Shown here piece by piece: positions 28,956-36,739 of a stretch of DNA of 56,917 nucleotides. A program made the translations under genes and the position numbers. Position 1 is the first letter of the stretch. Every line of letters starts with the position of its first letter. The notes beneath the pieces were generated by a model. That model saw only the letters and a program-made list of their open reading frames with translations. It searched no databases and was not told where the DNA came from. The stretch is from Saprospiraceae bacterium (GTDB lineage Bacteria > Bacteroidota > Bacteroidia > Chitinophagales > Saprospiraceae), in contig JAUMBJ010000159.1 of NCBI GenBank assembly GCA_032115755.1, forward strand, positions 1-56,917. The letters run 5' to 3'.

Positions 28956-30353
28956 ATGCCACAAACTGCTTCCTATCAACGTCAAGGAGCGGATAAGATT
29001 ATGATTATCAGCTATCTCAGCCTTGTGGTCATCGGATGGTTAATGATATACTCAACGGTATATGATGAAAATAATCCATATGCTTTTTTGGATATAAACA
29101 CCTTCATAGGTGCTCAATCGGCATGGCTGATTATTTCACTTTTGGCTTTTGTCATGGTTTTACAGCTTGATTGGAAATTTTGGAATGGAATTGCTTTTCC
29201 ATTTTATGCAATCACCATCATATTACTCATTCTTGTTCTTTTGGGTGGGAAAGTTATCAATGGTTCAAAATCGTGGTTTTCTTTTGGACCTTTGTCATTT
29301 CAACCATCGGAATGGGCTAAATTTGGAACGGCATTGGCCTTATCTGGATTTTTGAGCTTTAACAAATCCAGCCTGAATAATTTCAAGACTGTAACAACGT
29401 CGCTATCCATTATATTTTTACCTGTTTTATTAATATTACTTCAGCCAGATGCAGGTTCTGCAATGGTTTTTATGTCAATGTTTATCTTACTATACCGACG
29501 GGGGCTATCGGGATGGATATTTGTAATGGTATTCATATTGGTTGCAGTATTTATCATATCGCTTGTTTTTAGTCCCCTTACCGTTGTGATGCTTATCATG
29601 GGAGTAGGTGTTCTGATATATGGCATGGAATATCTTGAGTTAAAAAATAATATCCTGCTTTTGGCGGGAATTGCGGCAGTAACCATCTTTTTATTATGGC
29701 AAAAAGAGTATTTGCTATCAATTATTCCGTTTACTTCTGCGTTTGTAATTTATACTTCAAATACTTTTTATAGAAAAAAATTCAGATTACCTGCTACGCT
29801 AGTACCAGCCGCGATTTTCTTTATTGGAATAGGATATTTGTCAGAATTTGCCATAGACAAAGTTTTAAGGCCCCATCAACAGGACAGAATCAATGTATGG
29901 CTAAGACCAGAAAAATGTGATCCGCGTGGATCATTATACAATATTATACAATCCAAACTAGCCATCGGATCAGGCGGATTCACTGGCAAAGGTTACCTGG
30001 GGGGTGAAATGACAAAATTAAATTATGTTCCTGAACAATCTACAGATTTTATTTTTACATCGATTGCTGAAGAACAAGGTTTCCTGGGTAGTTTAGGGAT
30101 AATTCTGATTTTTACCATACTTGTGATTCGGTGTATTTACATTGCCGAAAATACGAGATTGGAATTTATTAGAAATTTTGCTTATTGTGTGGGAGGAATT
30201 ATTTTTTTCCACTACGCTATAAATCTGGGAATGACTATGGGTTTGGTACCTGTAGTTGGTATTCCTCTTCCTTTTATCAGTAAAGGTGGTTCTTCGCTAT
30301 TGGCATTTAGCGTAATGATTGCTGCAGTTATCAAAATGGGGCAGGCCAAATAA
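28956..30353 (+). CDS. rodA: Rod shape-determining protein RodA (FtsW/RodA/SpoVE family)
   Basis: Multi-pass membrane protein with PEQSTDFIF and GIPLPFISKGGSS motifs; 465 aa. Confidence 0.9.
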   Translation: MPQTASYQRQGADKIMIISYLSLVVIGWLMIYSTVYDENNPYAFLDINTFIGAQSAWLIISLLAFVMVLQLDWKFWNGIAFPFYAITIILLILVLLGGKVINGSKSWFSFGPLSFQPSEWAKFGTALALSGFLSFNKSSLNNFKTVTTSLSIIFLPVLLILLQPDAGSAMVFMSMFILLYRRGLSGWIFVMVFILVAVFIISLVFSPLTVVMLIMGVGVLIYGMEYLELKNNILLLAGIAAVTIFLLWQKEYLLSIIPFTSAFVIYTSNTFYRKKFRLPATLVPAAIFFIGIGYLSEFAIDKVLRPHQQDRINVWLRPEKCDPRGSLYNIIQSKLAIGSGGFTGKGYLGGEMTKLNYVPEQSTDFIFTSIAEEQGFLGSLGIILIFTILVIRCIYIAENTRLEFIRNFAYCVGGIIFFHYAINLGMTMGLVPVVGIPLPFISKGGSSLLAFSVMIAAVIKMGQAK

Positions 30354-30358
30354 GTTAT

Positions 30359-31489
30359 ATGAAGTTTGAAATAAAGCATAGAGACACTTCCACATCCGCC
30401 AGAGCAGCAGTGCTATCGACCTCCAGAGGAGAAATTCACACACCCATTTTTATGCCTGTAGGTACGCAGGGTACGGTTAAAGGAATACATCAGCATGAGT
30501 TGATTTCTCCAATTGGAGCAGAAATTATCTTGGGAAATACATACCATTTATATCTAAGGCCAGGAACTGAGGTTTTACAAAAAATGGGTGGTCTGCACAA
30601 ATTTATGGGTTGGGAAAAACCAATATTGACAGATAGTGGAGGGTATCAGGTATATTCTTTACATGGAATGAGAAAGATTACCGAGGAGGGCGTCAAATTT
30701 CGTTCACATATCGACGGTTCAAAACATTTTTTTAGTCCTGAAAGCGTTATGGAGATACAAAGATGCATAGGAGCTGATATTATCATGGCATTTGACGAAT
30801 GTACACCATATCCTTGCGACAAAAATTATGCAAGAAATTCTATGCACATGACGCATAAATGGCTATTGCGTTGTATTCAACAGTTTAATGCAGGAGAGCC
30901 CTATTACGGCCACGAACAAGTGCTTGCTCCTATAGTTCAAGGAAGCACATACAGTGATCTGCGCGCTGATTCAGCAAAATTTATTGCTGATACAGATCTC
31001 CCAATCAATGCAATAGGTGGGCTATCTGTTGGGGAGCCCCATGAGGATATGTATGCCATGACAGAAAAAGTATGTGAAATATTGCCATGGCACAAACCCA
31101 GGTACTTGATGGGGGTGGGCCTGCCAGAAAATATACTGGAAAGCATCGCATTAGGGATTGATATGTTTGATTGTGTACTTCCCTCGCGGAATGCAAGACA
31201 CGGCATCATTTATACTAGAGAAGGAATCATAAATATTAAAAATGCAAAGTGGCAGGATGATGCAACTCCAATTGATAAGGAAAGTGATGCCCCAACCAGC
31301 AGAATACATTCCAGAGCTTATCTCAGACACCTTTTTAAGGTTGAGGAGCTACTAGGTGCACAACTGGCTACCATCCAAAATCTGTCATTTTTTCTATGGC
31401 TGGTAAAAACGGCCCGAGAAAAAATACAGGCAGGAACGTATGGTGCATGGAAACATGAAATGGTAAAAAAAGTATCTACACGCTTATGA
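30359..31489 (+). CDS. tgt: Queuine tRNA-ribosyltransferase (tRNA-guanine transglycosylase)
   Basis: FMPVGT, LTDSGGYQV, AFDEC, GGLSVGEP, YLMGVG and DMFDCVLPSRNARHG motifs. The canonical CxCxxC...H zinc site is absent (see findings). Confidence 0.9.
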   Translation: MKFEIKHRDTSTSARAAVLSTSRGEIHTPIFMPVGTQGTVKGIHQHELISPIGAEIILGNTYHLYLRPGTEVLQKMGGLHKFMGWEKPILTDSGGYQVYSLHGMRKITEEGVKFRSHIDGSKHFFSPESVMEIQRCIGADIIMAFDECTPYPCDKNYARNSMHMTHKWLLRCIQQFNAGEPYYGHEQVLAPIVQGSTYSDLRADSAKFIADTDLPINAIGGLSVGEPHEDMYAMTEKVCEILPWHKPRYLMGVGLPENILESIALGIDMFDCVLPSRNARHGIIYTREGIINIKNAKWQDDATPIDKESDAPTSRIHSRAYLRHLFKVEELLGAQLATIQNLSFFLWLVKTAREKIQAGTYGAWKHEMVKKVSTRL

Positions 31490-32586
31490 GGTTTTTTCGC
31501 CTTGCCATTTTAGATAAATATATAATCAGGAAATACCTGACTACTTTTTTCTTTACTATGATTTTGATTACCGTAGTGGCTATTACCATAAATTATTTTG
31601 AGCAAGTGGATCGCTTTCAGGATTCCGGTTTGCCCTTTAGTAAAATAGCTATGGGATTCTACCTGCATTTTATTCCTTGGATTAATGGTTTATTATGGCC
31701 ACTTTTTGCACTAATTGCGGTAATATTCTTTACGTCAAGAATGGCAAAAAATTCTGAAATCATTAGCATGCTTAGTGCACAAATCAGTTATAACCGCATA
31801 TTAAAACCTTATCTGATAGCCGGAGGTTTTCTGGCTTTACTCCTCTGGATCGGCAATAATTATGTAATCCCAAAGAGCAATCGATTAAAATATGAATTTG
31901 AAAGTGAATTTATACGGGCAGCCGCAAAAACGACACTTAGTGGAAACACCCATTTCTTTTTAGATCCAAATCAAAAAATTTACATCAGAAACTATAGTCC
32001 AGAAGATAGTACCGGACGCACCTTCAGGCTGGAGCGATTTAAAGACGGCGAACTGGTCTATGTAATGAAAGCAAATAAAATTACTTGGATTGGACCTCCA
32101 AATCGGTGGAGGGTTGATCATTATGAAGTCCGTAAATTTGATGGAATCCGTGAAAGTCTCACCCTATATCCTAATAAAACGCTGGATACCTCTTTTCAGT
32201 TTATCCCCGATGATTTTATTCGATATACTAATCAGATGGAAATGATGAATACGACGGATCTAAGAGATTTTTTAAAATATGAGCAAGCGAAAGGACTTGA
32301 CTCCGGAAAAAAATATCAGATTGAATTATACAGAAGAACTGCAGATCCATTCACTATTATCATTCTGACGATCATTGGAGTATCGGTAGCCTCCAGAAAA
32401 GTCAGAGGAGGTATGGGGCTGCACCTTGCCGTTGGTATTATACTAGGTGCTATTTTTGTTATTCTATCTAAATTTTCAACAACATTTTCAACCAATCTGG
32501 CGCTTCACCCGCTCATAGGCGTTTGGATACCAAATCTTATTTTTTCTACAATAGCATGGTATATGGTTAAAAAAGCTCAACAATAA
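31486..32586 (+). CDS. LptF/LptG (YjgP/YjgQ) family permease
   Basis: 366 aa with N-terminal TM helices, a periplasmic beta-jellyroll-length insert and C-terminal TM helices. The start overlaps the tgt stop (ATGA). Confidence 0.8.
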   Translation: MRFFRLAILDKYIIRKYLTTFFFTMILITVVAITINYFEQVDRFQDSGLPFSKIAMGFYLHFIPWINGLLWPLFALIAVIFFTSRMAKNSEIISMLSAQISYNRILKPYLIAGGFLALLLWIGNNYVIPKSNRLKYEFESEFIRAAAKTTLSGNTHFFLDPNQKIYIRNYSPEDSTGRTFRLERFKDGELVYVMKANKITWIGPPNRWRVDHYEVRKFDGIRESLTLYPNKTLDTSFQFIPDDFIRYTNQMEMMNTTDLRDFLKYEQAKGLDSGKKYQIELYRRTADPFTIIILTIIGVSVASRKVRGGMGLHLAVGIILGAIFVILSKFSTTFSTNLALHPLIGVWIPNLIFSTIAWYMVKKAQQ

Positions 32587-32774
32587 TGATCTTTTCAATT
32601 ATTACCATTTTATACGTATTTTATGTCTTGTTTTGAGATTTATCAAATCCATGCAGCCAGGAGAAAAAAATAGATAACATTATTTTAAGCATAAACAGAA
32701 ATAAAATGTAGCATTACAAAACAATTATTAATCTCCAATATTGTATTTTTATAAAAATTAAATATCCAAGCGTT

Positions 32775-33332
32775 ATGTTAGTCGGAATATTAGTCACAGC
32801 AGCCGTATTAGCCTTATATCTTGTAATGGCCTACAATAAGCTCGTTGCATTAAAAAATCAGGTATTGGAGGCATGGAGCGGCATTGAGGTCCAACTGAAA
32901 AAAAGGTATGACCTTATCCCAAATATTGTGAATACAGTCAAAGGATATGCAGCTCATGAAAAAGAAACGCTTGAAAAAGTAATTCAAGCTAGGAATGCTG
33001 CCATGACTTCCAGTCAGCAAGGCGATATTGCCGGACAGATTCAAGCAGAAAATGCCTTGACAGGAAGTTTGCGATCACTTTTTGCGGTAGCAGAAAGTTA
33101 CCCTGATTTAAAAGCAAATGCCAATTTTCTATCACTCCAGGAAACTTTGAGTGAAATTGAAGAAGCGCTTTCCAACGCTAGAAGATATTACAATGCGCTG
33201 GTTAGGGATAATAATACTTATATCGAAAGCTTCCCTTCAAATATTATAGCCAATATGTTTTCCTTTAAAACTTTCTCTTACTTTGAAATCGAAAACGAAA
33301 CGGAAAGAAATGTTCCTGAAGTGAAATTCTAG
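32775..33332 (+). CDS. lemA: LemA-family protein
   Basis: N-terminal TM, then YNKLV.LKNQV.EAWS.IEVQLKRRYDLIPN.V and ESYPDLKAN, the typical LemA signature. Confidence 0.9.
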   Translation: MLVGILVTAAVLALYLVMAYNKLVALKNQVLEAWSGIEVQLKKRYDLIPNIVNTVKGYAAHEKETLEKVIQARNAAMTSSQQGDIAGQIQAENALTGSLRSLFAVAESYPDLKANANFLSLQETLSEIEEALSNARRYYNALVRDNNTYIESFPSNIIANMFSFKTFSYFEIENETERNVPEVKF

Positions 33333-33350
33333 TAAATAAGCATAAAAAAT

Positions 33351-35030
33351 ATGTTTTTTAGGATAATATTGCTTTCTTTTTTTATCCTGCTCATGCCCCA
33401 TATGAGCTTAAGGGCATCGTATTTTTATATTACCTCTTATGAGGTAGATGTACATATTGCTCAAGACGGAACGTATAAAGTTATTGAAACCATTGATGTT
33501 GTATTCAACGAACCCAGAAGAGGAATATTTAGAAAAATACCCCGTAAATATAAAATTGATGGTAAAATCTATAATTTAAATATTTCCAATGTAGATGTAG
33601 CTGGATTTGAAAAACGGGTGGAACGTGAAGGAAATTATTTGAACATCAGAATTGGAAATGAAGATATCTTCGTAGAAGGAAACCAGAGATATATCATTCA
33701 ATATACCATTGAAAATGGTATATTATATGAAGAAGACCATGCTGAAATGCAATGGAATATTATTGGTTCAGAATGGGAAGTTCCTATACAAAAAGTTCAT
33801 TTTAATATAGCTTTTAATAAAAATGTCAACCTTTCTACTAATGATGTAAAGCTTTTCGCAGGAAAATCAGGAAGTCAGGAAAATGAAGCAACTTTTTTAT
33901 TATCGCAACGCTACATCGACGGGGTTACCAACAGGACACTTCAGCCAGGGGAAGGAGTCAGTATATTCGTTAAGTTACCCTATTCATATATAAGCAAGCC
34001 TGAACCTTTTGATTTATGGTGGTCAACTTATGGTATGCTTACCTTAGGGGTAATTGTATTTATAGTTAGTTTTATTTTATTATATAGGTTCTGGCATATT
34101 TATGGAAGGGATTATCCCTTTGTTCGAATGGTACAGTATCTACCTCCAAAGCAATTGACGCCATCTGAAGCTGGCATGCTGCTGGATGAAAAAGCAGACA
34201 ACAGGGATATATTATGTTTATTGCCTTATTGGGCTTATTGTGGGATTATTTCCATAGAAATAACGGATGATTCCGTTTTTAGCAAGGATTATGCATTAAG
34301 GCGGTTGAAATCATTACCTGAAAATGCAACTTCATATGAAAAAATAATATTTGATGGAATTTTTGAACATGGAGAACATGTTTTGGTAAGTGCATTGGAA
34401 AATAACTTTTATACTAAAATGCAAGGTGCCAAATCAGCACTTAAGGAAACACTGCATCAAAAAAAGGTTTATTATCCAAACTCTATCAAATATCAGCTGA
34501 TTATGGGCATTATCTCCGTAGTCATTATTCTGGCGGGTATCGCAGGTGTTTTTATGTTAAACCTAATTGAGGTAGGAATTTCTTTGATTTTGAGCGGAAT
34601 TACCGGTATTATTTTTACCCGATATATGCTGAAGAAGAATGCACATGGTGTACAACTTTACCAAGAGGCGCTTGGCTTTAGAATGTTTATAAAAGCTGCT
34701 GAAAAAAATCGACTTGAAAAACTTTTGGCTGAAGACGCAATGTATTTTGAAAAAACACTGCCTTATGCTATTGCATTTGGTTTTGCGAGAAAATGGAGTG
34801 AAAAATTTGAAGGCTTGATAACAGAGCCACCATCATGGTACACCTATAGGACTGGATTACATCCTATAGGCCACTTTTCAGCTGGGGAATTCGGATCATC
34901 TATGCAAAGTAGCATAACACACATTAGTAGTGCATTCAGCAGCGCACCTTCTGGATCCGGAGGTAGTAGTAGCGGCGGTGGTGGAAGCGTTGGGGGCGGC
35001 TTTGGAGGTGGCGGCGGCGGAAGCTGGTAA
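33351..35030 (+). CDS. DUF2207-domain membrane protein
   Basis: Signal peptide, N-terminal beta-rich domain, central TM helices and a C-terminal Gly-rich tail GGSSSGGGGSVGGGFGGGGGGSW. This is the usual partner of LemA. Confidence 0.75.
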   Translation: MFFRIILLSFFILLMPHMSLRASYFYITSYEVDVHIAQDGTYKVIETIDVVFNEPRRGIFRKIPRKYKIDGKIYNLNISNVDVAGFEKRVEREGNYLNIRIGNEDIFVEGNQRYIIQYTIENGILYEEDHAEMQWNIIGSEWEVPIQKVHFNIAFNKNVNLSTNDVKLFAGKSGSQENEATFLLSQRYIDGVTNRTLQPGEGVSIFVKLPYSYISKPEPFDLWWSTYGMLTLGVIVFIVSFILLYRFWHIYGRDYPFVRMVQYLPPKQLTPSEAGMLLDEKADNRDILCLLPYWAYCGIISIEITDDSVFSKDYALRRLKSLPENATSYEKIIFDGIFEHGEHVLVSALENNFYTKMQGAKSALKETLHQKKVYYPNSIKYQLIMGIISVVIILAGIAGVFMLNLIEVGISLILSGITGIIFTRYMLKKNAHGVQLYQEALGFRMFIKAAEKNRLEKLLAEDAMYFEKTLPYAIAFGFARKWSEKFEGLITEPPSWYTYRTGLHPIGHFSAGEFGSSMQSSITHISSAFSSAPSGSGGSSSGGGGSVGGGFGGGGGGSW

Positions 35031-35117
35031 AATAACTTTTATTTAACAGATATAAAATTAAACTATGCCATTGTTGGATAGTCTATCCTTTATTACTCAC
35101 CCATAAAATACTTCGTC

Positions 35118-35981
35118 ATGAAAAAAATTTTAATGATAGCCATGTGGCTAAGTTTTTCCACAGGAATTGCAATTAGTCAGGACATCCCCGAAAGCACTGG
35201 TCTTCCGGGAGATCATTTCAGTTTGCAAGGAGCTCTGGATTTATTTCAGAAGTATGACAATCCTGAGAGATTTGAAGAGGCATTAAACAAGGAAAATAAT
35301 CATGTAAATAATCTCGACTTAAATGAAGATGGCATTACAGATTACGTTAGAGTAGTTAGTTATAAAGAAGATAATATCCGAATTTTCATCCTACAGGCGC
35401 TTGTTTCTGAAAATGAAAGTCAGGATATTGCTGTCATTGAAATTGAAAAAACAAAAAATGATTACGCAACTATACAAATTATTGGTGATGAAGAAATTTT
35501 TGGGGAAGCTATTATAGTTGAACCAGCTGACATTTCTGACAATTCAAAGAATAATCAGACTGAGGTAATAGTCAATGTTATTAACTGGCCTATGATCAAT
35601 TATATTTATACTCCGGCTTACACCGTTTGGGTATCTCCTTATCGATGGTCATATTACCCAACATGGTATAATCCTTGGAGAATATATGAATATAACCGAT
35701 GGCACCCATTATGTGTCAGATATCACACCCCACATGTTAGGATTGTTTCCACGCACAGAGTTATTCATGCCCATCGCATATACAAGCCGTATCGTTCAAC
35801 TTCTGTCACCGTTACCAAAAGATATGCTCCAGCCAGACAAGAATACAAAGTAAAAAGAACTCAAACAACCATTAAAGGACCAGGAGGAAATAAGGCGACA
35901 AAAACAACGACAACCGTTACAGGTCCCAGAGGCGGAAAAGTTAAAACCTCTAAAACAAAAGTAACTAAAAGAAAAGGATGA
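35118..35981 (+). CDS. Hypothetical secreted protein with a Trp/Tyr/His/Arg-rich region and a basic Thr/Lys C-terminal tail
   Basis: Signal peptide, a DLNEDGITD (DxNxDG Ca-loop-like) motif and the tail TTIKGPGGNKATKTTTTVTGPRGGKVKTSKTKVTKRKG. No family recognised. Confidence 0.5.
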   Translation: MKKILMIAMWLSFSTGIAISQDIPESTGLPGDHFSLQGALDLFQKYDNPERFEEALNKENNHVNNLDLNEDGITDYVRVVSYKEDNIRIFILQALVSENESQDIAVIEIEKTKNDYATIQIIGDEEIFGEAIIVEPADISDNSKNNQTEVIVNVINWPMINYIYTPAYTVWVSPYRWSYYPTWYNPWRIYEYNRWHPLCVRYHTPHVRIVSTHRVIHAHRIYKPYRSTSVTVTKRYAPARQEYKVKRTQTTIKGPGGNKATKTTTTVTGPRGGKVKTSKTKVTKRKG

Positions 35982-36005
35982 TTCCAAAATAAAATTTGGC
36001 ATAAT

Positions 36006-36039
36006 AGCATCATGGCTTAAATGACATGGTGCTGTTTTT
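36006..36039 (+). terminator. Rho-independent terminator after 35118-35981
   Basis: 9-bp stem AGCATCATG / CATGGTGCT (one G-U pair), a 10-nt loop, then GTTTTT. Confidence 0.55.
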
Positions 36040-36090
36040 ATTTATATAATAATTAACGTGCTTAATTTTCAACTGATTACAAAAATGTAT

Positions 36091-36098
36091 TACTTTTG
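36091..36098 (+). promoter_or_regulatory. Candidate -7 box TACTTTTG upstream of the Cys-rich ORF
   Basis: Exact TAnnTTTG match 108 nt upstream of the ATG at 36206 and downstream of the terminator at 36006-36039. Confidence 0.3.
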
Positions 36099-36205
36099 TA
36101 TATTGAATTGTTGATGTAATCCATATGAATTGATGGATGCACATACCAAAACATTCAGCGTGAGCATTATTCGAGTCATTTAAAGGTGACGACATAATTT
36201 AGCAT

Positions 36206-36595
36206 ATGCGACATCTGTCATTAATACTGTCACTACTTCTTTTTACCGAATCACTAAGTATTTGTGCTCCGGATATCTATACTTTGTATCTTGATGCCTC
36301 GTCCATGAACAAATCTTGTTGTAGTATTCACTTAAAAGATTTATCAGGAGTTTCATGTCAGAATAGTTCCTGTGAAATGCCACTACATGACCACGGAGAC
36401 AATGATAGTCATTCTTGTTGTGATGAAGGTTGTCAATGTCTCTGCTGTCTAAAGATCATAACCCAAAATTACTTGCCTGAATTTGAGCAACATTATTCAA
36501 CTGTACCACATCACCAAAAGGTTATAGTTCAAAGAGATTGGTTAAGCTTTGATGAACCTTTCAAATGTTACCACCCTCCTAAAGTATTTAGCTAG
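36206..36595 (+). CDS. Small secreted Cys/His-rich protein (possible lipoprotein), unknown family
   Basis: 129 aa. The signal peptide ends ...ESLSIC. It has 12 Cys and 9 His, including HDHGDNDSHSCCDEGCQCLCCLK. It lies between a terminator and the HMA-TonB receptor gene. Confidence 0.55.
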   Translation: MRHLSLILSLLLFTESLSICAPDIYTLYLDASSMNKSCCSIHLKDLSGVSCQNSSCEMPLHDHGDNDSHSCCDEGCQCLCCLKIITQNYLPEFEQHYSTVPHHQKVIVQRDWLSFDEPFKCYHPPKVFS

Positions 36596-36739
36596 CATTA
36601 CCTCCTTGATTGCAGGTATATTTCTCCAAATCCAATACTTTAGACGATTTTCAAAAAATCTTCTATTGCACATCATTAGATTTTATTGAATTTAATTGTT
36701 AAACTAAGACGCTCAAACAGCGTGTTAAAAAATGTATAT

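Noticed and set aside
36206-36595. Cys-rich ORF as a RiPP precursor (lanthipeptide- or methanobactin-like)
   Set aside because: No radical-SAM enzyme, LanM/LanB, cyclodehydratase, oxidase, peptidase or ABC exporter is adjacent. The protein has an ordinary Sec or lipoprotein signal rather than a leader peptide, so a metal-binding protein reading is preferred.
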